This document shows, piece after piece, positions 20,549 through 30,057 of a stretch of DNA of 42,802 bases (positions within the stretch are counted from its first letter, which is position 1; each line of letters begins with the position of its first letter). Below the pieces are notes generated by a model, which had not been told where the DNA came from, ran no database searches, and saw only the letters and a list, made by a program, of their open reading frames with translations. The stretch covers positions 1-42,802 of the forward strand of contig CALXJM010000002.1 in assembly GCA_944388625.1 (NCBI GenBank), given 5' to 3'. A program made the position numbers and the translations under genes. The DNA is from an uncultured Clostridia bacterium. GTDB lineage: Bacteria > Bacillota > Clostridia > TANB77 > CAG-508.

Positions 20549-21259
20549 ATGGAAGATAAAAATATGCCGAAACATATTGCTATTATCATGGATGGAAACA
20601 GAAGATGGGCAAAAAGCAAAAATTTAGAAACAAAAGACGGACATAAAGCGGGCGCAGATAATCTTGAAAAAATTGCTTCTTATGCTAATAAAATAGGAAT
20701 TAAATATTTAACAGTATATGCTTTTTCTACAGAAAATTGGAAACGAAGTAAAGAAGAGGTTGCTGCTCTTATGTTTTTGTTGAACTGGTATATTGACTCA
20801 TGGCTAAAAAAAGCCAATACAGAAAATATACGATTGAAAATCATTGGAGATATTACGGTATTATCTAAAACTTTGCAAGAGAAAATAGCAAAAGCAGTAG
20901 AAAAAACTAAGAATAATACAGGACTTACTTTAAGCATTGCTTTTAACTATGGAGGAAGAGCAGAGCTTGTAATGGTAACCAAAAAAATTGCAGAAAAAGT
21001 TCAAAATGGAAAGCTTAAAATAGAAGATATAACAGAAGAAACAATTTCAGAAAACTTATATACGGCAGGAGAACCAGATCCAGATTTATTGATAAGAACA
21101 AGTGGAGAACTTAGAACTAGTAATTTCTTACCATGGCAAATAACTTATTCAGAATTTTATTTTCCTCAAATTCATTGGCCAGATTTTAATGAGCAAGAAT
21201 TAGATAAAGCAATTGAAATATATGGACAAAGAACACGAAACTTCGGAGGAAGAAAATAA
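20549..21259 (+). CDS. uppS: Undecaprenyl diphosphate synthase
   Basis: 236 aa. Motifs HIAIIMDGNRRWA, TVYAFSTENWKR and RTSGE.R.SNFLPWQ. Confidence 0.94.
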   Translation: MEDKNMPKHIAIIMDGNRRWAKSKNLETKDGHKAGADNLEKIASYANKIGIKYLTVYAFSTENWKRSKEEVAALMFLLNWYIDSWLKKANTENIRLKIIGDITVLSKTLQEKIAKAVEKTKNNTGLTLSIAFNYGGRAELVMVTKKIAEKVQNGKLKIEDITEETISENLYTAGEPDPDLLIRTSGELRTSNFLPWQITYSEFYFPQIHWPDFNEQELDKAIEIYGQRTRNFGGRK

Positions 21260-21307
21260 GAAAGGAGACATTGTTAAATTTATTTTAACAATACAAAATG
21301 AAAAAAT

Positions 21308-22117
21308 ATGGATATAAAACGAATTACATCTGGATTAATAGGATTTCCGGTTGTGGCAATCATATTAATTTTAGGAAATAAATATATTGTAGATGTTGTA
21401 TTTAGTATAATTGCTATATTATGTATTCACGAATTTTATAAGAGCTTTAGTGTAAAATCAAAGCCAGTGCAAAGTATTGGATATATAATGGGAGCATTTA
21501 TTGCGGTAATACACATTATTCCAATAGAATTTATTATGCCTCTTATTACAGCGTTAATACCACTCCTTATTTTTGTATTATTCCTTCATGTTATTATAAG
21601 TAATATGGAGATAAATGTTGTAGATATATCAATTTCACTACTTGGAATTTGCTATGTAATAGTTTTTATTATGTTTTTACCACTTATATATGGATTGAAA
21701 ATGGGAAATATACTTATTTGGTATGTTTTTCTAGCAGCATGGGGAACTGACATTTTTGCTTATTTAATAGGTAAAAAATTTGGAAAGCATAAATTAGGTA
21801 ATAATAAAGTCAGTCCAAATAAATCATTGGAGGGGTGTATAGCTGGAATTATAGGGAGTATACTATTAATAATAATATATACAATTATTATTAATAGTGT
21901 GTTTGGTTTAGAAATTCCATATTTATTTGCTTTATTACTAGCCATTGCATTAAGTGTAGTAGGACAAATAGGAGATTTGGCGGCATCTAGTGTAAAACGT
22001 TACAATGAAATCAAAGATTTTAGCAATTTAATTCCTGGACATGGAGGAATGCTAGATAGATTTGACAGTGTTATATTTATTGCACCATTTGCATATTTTT
22101 TATTAAGCATGTTTTAA
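21308..22117 (+). CDS. cdsA: Phosphatidate cytidylyltransferase
   Basis: 269 aa polytopic protein with the CDS signature SSVKRYNEIKDFSNLIPGHGGMLDRFDS. Confidence 0.92.
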   Translation: MDIKRITSGLIGFPVVAIILILGNKYIVDVVFSIIAILCIHEFYKSFSVKSKPVQSIGYIMGAFIAVIHIIPIEFIMPLITALIPLLIFVLFLHVIISNMEINVVDISISLLGICYVIVFIMFLPLIYGLKMGNILIWYVFLAAWGTDIFAYLIGKKFGKHKLGNNKVSPNKSLEGCIAGIIGSILLIIIYTIIINSVFGLEIPYLFALLLAIALSVVGQIGDLAASSVKRYNEIKDFSNLIPGHGGMLDRFDSVIFIAPFAYFLLSMF

Positions 22118-22141
22118 ATATAATTTAGAATTCAGTAATAG

Positions 22142-22190
22142 AAATTAAGGAAGAATAGTAAAATAGCAAAATATTTTTCCTTAATTTTTT
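22142..22190 (+). terminator. Candidate intrinsic terminator after cdsA
   Basis: AAATTAAGGAA (22142-22152) pairs with TTCCTTAATTT (22177-22187), followed by TTT. The loop is large (24 nt), so efficiency is uncertain. Confidence 0.5.
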
Positions 22191-22217
22191 AAATAATAGT
22201 ATAAATAGGAGGAAGGT

Positions 22218-22949
22218 TTGATTAGTTTTATTGTAACTGCTATAAAAATTATTTTTTTATTAGGGTTTCTAATTTTAATTCACGAAGGTGGGCACTTTAT
22301 AGTGGCAAAGCTTTGCAAAGTAAGAGTTAATGAATTTGCAATTGGATTTGGACCAGTGCTTTTAAAAAAACAAGGAAAACAAACAAAATATGTTCTTAGA
22401 TTAATTCCATTAGGAGGGTTTGTAAGCTTAGAAGGAGAAGAGGAACGTTCAGATAAAGAAGGTTCCTTTTCAAAAGCAAGTATTGGAAAAAGAATTGCTA
22501 TTGTACTTGCTGGCGGAATGATAAATATTGTGTTTGGATTACTTGTATTTTTCTTATTATCATTATCTTTTACAAATCTCTATAGTGCACTTATCAATAC
22601 AAAAGAATTTGCATTATCAATTGTAGATAGTTTAAAAATGTTATTCACAGGTAATGTAACAGTTAATGACTTAATGGGACCAATTGGAATTTCAGAAGTA
22701 GTGGCACAAACCTCAAAACTTGATGAATTTATTTATATATTGTCTCTAGTTTCGCTTTCATTAGGAGTAACTAATTTATTACCATTCCCACCACTAGATG
22801 GAGGCAAAGTTTTATTGCTTATTATAGAAGCAATAAGGAGAAAACCATTAAAAGAAAAAGTTGAAATAAATATTCAACTTATTGGATTTTCACTTATGAT
22901 TTTACTATCAATTTATGTAGCATATAATGATATACTAAGAGCATTTTAG
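22218..22949 (+). CDS. M50 site-2 metalloprotease, short RseP/RasP-like form without a PDZ domain
   Basis: 243 aa with a TTG start after AGGAGG. HEGGHF (HExxH) lies in TM1 and NLLPFPPLDGG in the last TM region. No PDZ-length segment sits between them. Confidence 0.8.
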   Translation: MISFIVTAIKIIFLLGFLILIHEGGHFIVAKLCKVRVNEFAIGFGPVLLKKQGKQTKYVLRLIPLGGFVSLEGEEERSDKEGSFSKASIGKRIAIVLAGGMINIVFGLLVFFLLSLSFTNLYSALINTKEFALSIVDSLKMLFTGNVTVNDLMGPIGISEVVAQTSKLDEFIYILSLVSLSLGVTNLLPFPPLDGGKVLLLIIEAIRRKPLKEKVEINIQLIGFSLMILLSIYVAYNDILRAF

Positions 22950-22972
22950 AAATTACAGGAGGCGTAAAAATA

Positions 22973-25900
22973 ATGCAGCAATTGGTTAAAGAAATATTCA
23001 AAGATTATAAACAAGAAAACAGTTTGACACTTTGCCAAATTATAAGTATTAATTTATATAAAAAAACAAATAAATTAGAATTAAAATTACAAGCAAAAGA
23101 GAAAATTATATTAAAAAATTTAGAAGAATTTGAAAAATATTTAAAAGAACGTTTCAATATAGATTATGTAGCAATTAAAATAGAATATGAAGAAAAACCA
23201 AACTTTTCTATTCGAGATGAATGGGAAAATTTAATAAACTACATGGCAAAAAGTTATCCAATCAGCAAAGCTTTTCTATCTGAAAGCGAACTAGAAGAAA
23301 ATGGCAATATCATACAGATACATTTAGCAGTAAAAGGAGCAGATATCTTAGTAGCAAGAGGAATCGATAAAATTTTAGAGAATTTGATTTCTAACATCTA
23401 TAATCAAAATAAAAAAATAGAATTTTCAGACAAAATATTAGAAGAAAGTAAAAAAGAACATGAAACAATAATGAAAACAGCAGAAATAGAGGCTATTAAA
23501 AATGCTAAAATGGAAGCTGAACAAATAGCAAAACAGCAACAAATGCAAAAAAAAGAAGAAGCAAGATTAAAAGCAGAGAAAAAAGAAGAGCAGGCAAAAT
23601 CTGCTAAAGTAGCAGAAACAACTGCATCAGAACCTGAAGAGGAAACCCCATTGATTTATGGGAAAAATTGTAATATTAAAGAAGAACTAGTAAAAATAGG
23701 AGATATTTCAGTAGATACAGATAAAGTGTGTTTAGATGGAGAAGTTATTTCAACAGATTCTAGAGAAATCAAAAATGGAAAAGTTATTATTATGTTCGAC
23801 TTATATGATGGAACTAGTACAATTACTTGTAAAGCTTTTGTAGATGGAGAGCAAGCTAAAAAGGTATTAGCTAGGGTTCAAGGAGCTAAAGGAATTAGAA
23901 TTGGAGGAACTGCTAAATATGATCAATTTTCAAAAGAAATTACAGTTATGGCTAATACTATTGTAGAAACAGCTGGAAGAAAAAAAATAAAAAGAATAGA
24001 TGAGTCAGAAGAAAAAAGAGTTGAGTTGCATATGCATACACAAATGAGCCAAATGGATGGAATGACATCAGTTACAGATTTATTAAAAAGAGCTGTTAGC
24101 TGGGGATGGAAATCAATTGCAATTACAGACCATGGAGTAGTACAAGCCTTTCCAGAAGCACATAAGTTTTTAGGAAAAACAGGAGCTGACATTAAAGTTA
24201 TTTATGGCGTAGAAGCTTATTTAGTTCCAGACAAAATCCAATGTGTGTTTAATGAAAACGGACAAAAACTGGAAGATACAGAGTATGCTGTTTTAGATAT
24301 TGAAACAACTGGACTTTCTTTTAGAACAGAAAAAATAACAGAAATAGGAATTATAAAAATAAAAAACGGAAAAGAAATAGGTCGATTTGAATGTTTTGTA
24401 AACCCGGAAAAAACAATTCCAGAAGAAGTTGTAAATATTACTCATATTACAGACGATATGGTAAAAGATGCAGAAACTATAGATAAAGTAATTCCTAAAA
24501 TGATAGAGTTCTTAGGAGATGCAGTCATTGTAGCACACAATGCAGGTTTCGATGTGGGATTTTTAAAATACAATGCAGAAGAGATAGGACTCAATCTTAA
24601 AAATACTTATATTGATACTTTAAGATTAGCCAAAGACTTATTTCCAGACTATAAAAAATATAAATTAGGAATTATCGCAGAAAACTTAGGAATTAAAGTA
24701 GATGTAGCTCATCGAGCATTAGATGATGTTATTACATTGGTACAAGTATTTAATATTATGCTAGATAAGCTAAAAGAAAAAAATGTTAGAAAACTAAAAC
24801 AAATTGATAGTTTGATGACGGGAGAAATTAATTTAAAAAATTTAGAAACTTACCATGCAGTTATATTAGCAAAAGATTATGTTGGACTGAAAAATTTATA
24901 TAAATTAATTTCATTTTCACATTTGAATTATTTTTATAAAAAACCAAAAATACCAAAAAGTCTTTATATAAAGTATTCTGAGGGATTAATGATAGGTAGT
25001 GCATGTGAAGCAGGAGAATTATATAGAGCTATTGTTGCAGGAAAATCCGAAGAAGAAGTGGAAGAAATTGCAAAGTTTTATGATTACTTGGAAATACAAC
25101 CGTTAGGAAACAATCAATTTATGATAAGAGATGGGACAGTAGCAGATGATGATGCATTAAGAATGATTAATCGAAAAATTGTTGCTTTAGGAGAAAAATT
25201 AAATAAATTAGTTGTAGCTACATGTGATGTACATTTTATGGATCCACAAGATGAAATATATAGAAGAATTTTGCAGGCTGGACAAGGCTACGATGATGCA
25301 GATGAACAAGCACCATTATATTTGAGAACAACTAATGAAATGTTAGAAGAATTTAGTTATTTAGGAGAAGAAAAAGCACGAGAAGTGGTTATAACAAATA
25401 CTAATAAAATTGCAGATATGTGTGAAAAAATTAGCCCAATTTCTTCTGAAAAATGTGCTCCTCATTTAGAGGGGTGTGAACAGCAAATCGAAGATATAGC
25501 TTATACTAGAGCAAAAGAACTTTATGGAGATCCATTACCAGAAATTGTGCAAGCAAGATTAGATAAAGAATTGCAATCAATTATAAAAAACGGTTTTTCT
25601 GTTATGTATATCATTGCTCAAAAACTGGTATGGAAATCTAATGAAGATGGATATTTAGTAGGTTCTAGAGGATCAGTCGGATCATCTTTTGTTGCCAACA
25701 TGACAGGAATTACAGAAGTAAATTCACTTCAACCACATTATAGATGTCCAAATTGTAAATATTCTGATTTTACAGATTATGGATATAAAAATGGATTTGA
25801 CTTGCCAGATAAGGATTGCCCAAAATGTGGGCATAAGTTAGATAAAGATGGAATGGATATTCCTTTCGAAACTTTTCTTGGCTTTGATGGAGATAAAGAA

Positions 25901-27325
25901 CCTGATATTGACTTAAACTTTTCAGGAGAATACCAAGCAAAAGCGCACAAATATACAGAAGTTATATTTGGAAAAGGAACAACCTTTAAAGCTGGAACTA
26001 TTGGAACTATAGCAGATAAAACAGCTTTTGGATATGTAAAAAAATATTATGAAGAAAGACATATACCAGTAAGTAATGCAGAAGTTGGAAGAATTTCAGC
26101 TGGATGTACAGGCGTAAAACGAACAACAGGACAACACCCTGGTGGAATTATAGTTGTTCCATTAGGAAGAGAAATTTATGAATTTTGTCCGGTACAACAT
26201 CCGGCAGATGATCCTAATTCAGATATTATTACTACGCATTTTGACTATCACTCAATTGATCAAAACTTATTAAAATTAGATATATTGGGGCATGATGATC
26301 CAACTATTATAAGAATGTTACAAGACTTAACAGGAATTGACCCTAAAACAATACCATTAGATGACAAAGAAACTATGTCTATTTTTAGTTCAACAGAGGC
26401 ACTCGGAATTACTAAAGAGCAAATTAATTCAGAAGTTGGAACTTTTGGAGTACCAGAATTTGGAACTAAATTTGTAAGAGGAATGTTAGTGGACACTAAA
26501 CCAAAAACATTTGAAGAATTACTTAGAATTTCTGGATTATCACACGGAACAGACGTATGGCTAAACAATGCTCAAACTTTAATTGAAGAAGGAACAATAA
26601 AATTGGATGAAGCAATATGTACTAGAGATGATATAATGATTTATTTAATTAAACAAGGATTACCACCAAAACCTGCATTTAAAATTATGGAGTCTGTACG
26701 TAAAGGAAAAGGCCTTTCAGAAGAGCAAGAAGCTTTAATGAGAGAAAACAATGTACCAGAATGGTATATTAATTCATGTAAAAAAATTAAATACATGTTT
26801 CCTAAGGCACATGCAGCAGCATATGTAACAATGGCATTCCGCATTGCATGGTTTAAAGTACATATTCCTAAAGCATATTATACAGCTTTCTTTTCAATTA
26901 GAGCAGATGAATTTGATAGTGATATTATGATTCACGGAAAAGAAAAGGTAAAGAACAAAATGAAAGAAATTGAATTACAAGGTAATGCAGCATCTACAAA
27001 AGATAAAAATATGTACAGTGTTTTGGAAATTGTACTTGAAATGTATGAAAGAGGAATTAAATTCTTACCGATTGATTTATATAAATCACATTCAACCAAA
27101 TTTTTGATGGAAGAAGATGGAATAAGACCACCATTAAACAGTATACCAGGACTTGGAACAGTAGCAGCTGAAGGAATAGAAGAAGCAAAAAAAGAAGGAA
27201 AATTTATGTCTATTGATGATATGAAAATTAAATCTAAAATAGGAAACTCAGTAGTAGACTTACTGGAAAAAGCTGGCTGTTTAATTGGAATGACAAAAAG
27301 TAATCAAATGAGCTTGTTTGGATAG
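22973..27325 (+). CDS. polC: DNA polymerase III PolC-type alpha subunit
   Basis: 1450 aa. PHP domain (VELHMHTQMS), inserted DEDDh exonuclease (AVLDIETTGLS ... HRALDD), zinc module (CPNC...CPKCGH), and polymerase core. Confidence 0.97.
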   Translation: MQQLVKEIFKDYKQENSLTLCQIISINLYKKTNKLELKLQAKEKIILKNLEEFEKYLKERFNIDYVAIKIEYEEKPNFSIRDEWENLINYMAKSYPISKAFLSESELEENGNIIQIHLAVKGADILVARGIDKILENLISNIYNQNKKIEFSDKILEESKKEHETIMKTAEIEAIKNAKMEAEQIAKQQQMQKKEEARLKAEKKEEQAKSAKVAETTASEPEEETPLIYGKNCNIKEELVKIGDISVDTDKVCLDGEVISTDSREIKNGKVIIMFDLYDGTSTITCKAFVDGEQAKKVLARVQGAKGIRIGGTAKYDQFSKEITVMANTIVETAGRKKIKRIDESEEKRVELHMHTQMSQMDGMTSVTDLLKRAVSWGWKSIAITDHGVVQAFPEAHKFLGKTGADIKVIYGVEAYLVPDKIQCVFNENGQKLEDTEYAVLDIETTGLSFRTEKITEIGIIKIKNGKEIGRFECFVNPEKTIPEEVVNITHITDDMVKDAETIDKVIPKMIEFLGDAVIVAHNAGFDVGFLKYNAEEIGLNLKNTYIDTLRLAKDLFPDYKKYKLGIIAENLGIKVDVAHRALDDVITLVQVFNIMLDKLKEKNVRKLKQIDSLMTGEINLKNLETYHAVILAKDYVGLKNLYKLISFSHLNYFYKKPKIPKSLYIKYSEGLMIGSACEAGELYRAIVAGKSEEEVEEIAKFYDYLEIQPLGNNQFMIRDGTVADDDALRMINRKIVALGEKLNKLVVATCDVHFMDPQDEIYRRILQAGQGYDDADEQAPLYLRTTNEMLEEFSYLGEEKAREVVITNTNKIADMCEKISPISSEKCAPHLEGCEQQIEDIAYTRAKELYGDPLPEIVQARLDKELQSIIKNGFSVMYIIAQKLVWKSNEDGYLVGSRGSVGSSFVANMTGITEVNSLQPHYRCPNCKYSDFTDYGYKNGFDLPDKDCPKCGHKLDKDGMDIPFETFLGFDGDKEPDIDLNFSGEYQAKAHKYTEVIFGKGTTFKAGTIGTIADKTAFGYVKKYYEERHIPVSNAEVGRISAGCTGVKRTTGQHPGGIIVVPLGREIYEFCPVQHPADDPNSDIITTHFDYHSIDQNLLKLDILGHDDPTIIRMLQDLTGIDPKTIPLDDKETMSIFSSTEALGITKEQINSEVGTFGVPEFGTKFVRGMLVDTKPKTFEELLRISGLSHGTDVWLNNAQTLIEEGTIKLDEAICTRDDIMIYLIKQGLPPKPAFKIMESVRKGKGLSEEQEALMRENNVPEWYINSCKKIKYMFPKAHAAAYVTMAFRIAWFKVHIPKAYYTAFFSIRADEFDSDIMIHGKEKVKNKMKEIELQGNAASTKDKNMYSVLEIVLEMYERGIKFLPIDLYKSHSTKFLMEEDGIRPPLNSIPGLGTVAAEGIEEAKKEGKFMSIDDMKIKSKIGNSVVDLLEKAGCLIGMTKSNQMSLFG

Positions 27326-27338
27326 GAAGGAATGAAAA

Positions 27339-27641
27339 ATGGAAATTATAAAAAATTATATTTCACTGCAAAATATTTGCATATATTTATTGCTTATTAA
27401 CTTACTAGGGTTTATAATAATGTACATAGATAAAAGAAAAGCTCAAAAGCAGAAATGGAGAATTCCAGAAAAAACATTACTTTATGTTACATTACTTGGT
27501 GGTGGAATTGGCTCCATTATAGGTATGTATACTTTCAGACATAAAACGCAAAAGGTAAAATTTCTTTTTGGTTTTCCAATTATTACAATCATTGAAATAA
27601 TTTTTTTAGCATATTTTATTTGGAAAGTATATTTTGTATAA
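27339..27641 (+). CDS. DUF1294 family small membrane protein
   Basis: 100 aa. Motif DKRKAQKQKWRIPEKTL followed by GGGIGSIIGMYTFRHKTQK, which I recognise as the DUF1294 signature. Confidence 0.75.
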   Translation: MEIIKNYISLQNICIYLLLINLLGFIIMYIDKRKAQKQKWRIPEKTLLYVTLLGGGIGSIIGMYTFRHKTQKVKFLFGFPIITIIEIIFLAYFIWKVYFV

Positions 27642-27660
27642 GAATGGAGGTTAATAAAAA

Positions 27661-28653
27661 ATGGCAATTTTAGTTACAGGAGGAGCAGGCTATATTGGTA
27701 GCCATACTTGTGTGGAATTATTAGAAAAAGAAGAAGAATTGGTTGTTGTTGACAACTTTTCCAATAGTAAGCCAGAAGTTTTAGAAAAAATAAAGGAAAT
27801 TACACACAAAAATTTTAAATTTTATGAAGCAGACTTACTGGATAAAGAAAAAATCGAAAAGATTTTTAAAGAAAATCAAATTAATGAAGTTATCCATTTT
27901 GCTGGATTAAAAGCTGTAGGCGAATCTGTACAAAAGCCAATTGAATATTATCATAATAATGTAACAGGAACTTTAATTCTTTTAGAAGTTATGAAAAAGT
28001 ATAAGTGCAAAAAAATTGTATTTAGTTCCTCAGCAACTGTATACGGAGCACCTAAAACAGTTCCAATAAAAGAAGATTTTCCACTTTCTACTACTAATCC
28101 TTATGGAAGTACAAAATTAATGATAGAACAAATTTTAAAAGATGTTTATGTAGCAGACAATGAGTTCTCCATTATTCTATTACGTTATTTTAACCCAATT
28201 GGTGCACATGAAAGTGGAAAATTGGGAGAAGACCCAAACGGAATTCCAAATAATTTGATGCCATATATTGCAAGAGTTGCAAAAGGGCAATATAGTGAAT
28301 TAAAAGTATTTGGAAATGACTATAACACTATAGATGGAACTGGAGTAAGAGATTATATTCACGTAGTAGATTTAAGTTTAGGACATGTAAAGGCAATAGA
28401 AAAAGTACGAAAAGATAAAGGAGTGGAAGTGTATAACTTAGGAACAGGAAAAGGTGTTTCTGTTTTAGAATTGGTAAAAACTTTTGAAAAAGTAAATAAT
28501 GTAAAAGTAAATTATAAAATTGTAGGTAGAAGACCAGGAGATATTGATATATGCTATGCAGATCCAACAAAAGCAGAAAATGAATTAGGCTGGAAAGCAA
28601 CTAGAACAATTGAGGATATGTGCAGAGACACTTGGAAATTTATTAATCAATAA
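27661..28653 (+). CDS. galE: UDP-glucose 4-epimerase
   Basis: 330 aa. Rossmann motif VTGGAGYIGSH, catalytic SSSATVYG and YGSTK (YxxxK). Confidence 0.92.
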   Translation: MAILVTGGAGYIGSHTCVELLEKEEELVVVDNFSNSKPEVLEKIKEITHKNFKFYEADLLDKEKIEKIFKENQINEVIHFAGLKAVGESVQKPIEYYHNNVTGTLILLEVMKKYKCKKIVFSSSATVYGAPKTVPIKEDFPLSTTNPYGSTKLMIEQILKDVYVADNEFSIILLRYFNPIGAHESGKLGEDPNGIPNNLMPYIARVAKGQYSELKVFGNDYNTIDGTGVRDYIHVVDLSLGHVKAIEKVRKDKGVEVYNLGTGKGVSVLELVKTFEKVNNVKVNYKIVGRRPGDIDICYADPTKAENELGWKATRTIEDMCRDTWKFINQ

Positions 28654-28689
28654 AATTCAAAAACAATAGGGGAAAGGAAGATAATAAAA

Positions 28690-29739
28690 ATGGAAGAGGA
28701 AAAAAAGTTAAAAATACAAAAAAAATTAAAAAGAAATAATGGAATATTAATTGGTGCTATAATTTTATTTTTACTTATGATAGGTATGATTATATGGATT
28801 TATATGATTCAAAACGCTAAGCTAGAGGATCCACATAGTATGCATGATGTTATTGCAAGTGGTGTAGAGAGAGAAAATGTTTATGTAAAAATGGATGCAC
28901 AATTACTTACAGAATGCTTTGCTACATACGGAGATGGTTCTAGTACAGATAAAAGGTACTATTTTGCATCAGATGGAACATATACTTATATACTTAATTT
29001 AACAGTGAGCCAGTTTAACGAAATGAAAACTATTTATGAATTTACTTATGATGCTAGCGAAGATGCAATAGTTCCAGACCCAATTGAGGTAACAGGTGTT
29101 ACAGCTTTTATACCAACAGATATAAGAGAAATTGCTATAGACGCATATAATGAGATGATGGAAGAAGAACTTTTAACAGAAGAAAACTTTGATGAATATA
29201 TAGGTTCTATGTGTATTCAAGTAGGAACAACACCAAGAGACAATTATGTTTGGCAATTTGTAATTGCATTTACGGCTGGAGTAATGGGAATTGCTTTACT
29301 AGTTATATATTTAAATTATCATTTTACAACTAAAAAAACATTAAAAAAATATGCTAACCAAATGGATGAAATATATCAAGAAGTAGAAGCAGAAGAAACA
29401 AATATTTATAACAAAGAAAAATTATACATAACAAAAAATTATTTGCTTGATCTAAATACAGGTCTTAATATTATTAAGCTATCAGAAATTGAATGGATGT
29501 ATCCACATGAGTATAGAAGAAATGGAATTTCTACTAAAAGTATTGTTGTTGTAACATCAGACGGAAAAAGAAGTCAAATATCAAAAATGGAAGTTATATC
29601 TAAAAAAGCAAAAGAAACTTTTGATGAAATATATAACAAAATTTCTGAAAAAACACCAAATGCTATGAATGGATACACAAAAGAAAACATTAAAGCAATG
29701 AAAGAAAAAGATAAGGAAAGAAAGCAAAACAAAATATAA
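28690..29739 (+). CDS. Hypothetical two-TM membrane protein
   Basis: 349 aa. TM near residues 18-40 and again near 188-210. A ~145-aa domain lies between them and a ~135-aa Lys/Glu-rich C-terminal domain follows. I recognised no catalytic motif. Confidence 0.6.
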   Translation: MEEEKKLKIQKKLKRNNGILIGAIILFLLMIGMIIWIYMIQNAKLEDPHSMHDVIASGVERENVYVKMDAQLLTECFATYGDGSSTDKRYYFASDGTYTYILNLTVSQFNEMKTIYEFTYDASEDAIVPDPIEVTGVTAFIPTDIREIAIDAYNEMMEEELLTEENFDEYIGSMCIQVGTTPRDNYVWQFVIAFTAGVMGIALLVIYLNYHFTTKKTLKKYANQMDEIYQEVEAEETNIYNKEKLYITKNYLLDLNTGLNIIKLSEIEWMYPHEYRRNGISTKSIVVVTSDGKRSQISKMEVISKKAKETFDEIYNKISEKTPNAMNGYTKENIKAMKEKDKERKQNKI

Positions 29740-29821
29740 ATTTTTGTTAGTATCTGCAAACAGTAACAATAAATTATTTGATAAGTGAAAATTGTTTTGT
29801 GTATAGAAAAACTGAAAAAAT

Positions 29822-29875
29822 AAAAACCTAACCATCTTAAAGTTAACAAAAACTTAAGAAAGGTTAGGTTTTTTG
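29822..29875 (+). terminator. Intrinsic terminator after the hypothetical membrane protein
   Basis: AAAAACCTAACC (29822-29833) pairs with GGTTAGGTTTTT (29862-29873). An inner TCTTAA/TTAAGA helix is present, and the stem runs into a T-tract. Confidence 0.75.
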
Positions 29876-29964
29876 CACAATGTTGTTATTTCTAAAAAAA
29901 TGTAGGTGAGAACAATGCTCAAAAGTACTCCCAAAAATTACTAATACAAAACCATAGAAAATTA

Positions 29965-29992
29965 TTGCATTTTATGTAAGAACTGGTATAAT
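29965..29992 (+). promoter_or_regulatory. Promoter of the ABC-2 exporter / accessory block
   Basis: TTGCAT (29965-29970), 16-nt spacer, extended -10 TGgTATAAT (29984-29992). Confidence 0.55.
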
Positions 29993-30057
29993 GTAAAAGT
30001 AAAATAATGAAAACTATGAAAGGAGGAAATGTTAGCAAATAAGCTAACATAAATAAA

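Noticed and set aside
30029-30052. 7-codon leader peptide (MLANKLT) upstream of the ABC ATPase, considered as a feature in its own right.
   Set aside because: The SD core ends only 2 nt before this ATG, too close for efficient initiation. It is kept only as part of the 5' UTR finding, not annotated as a CDS.
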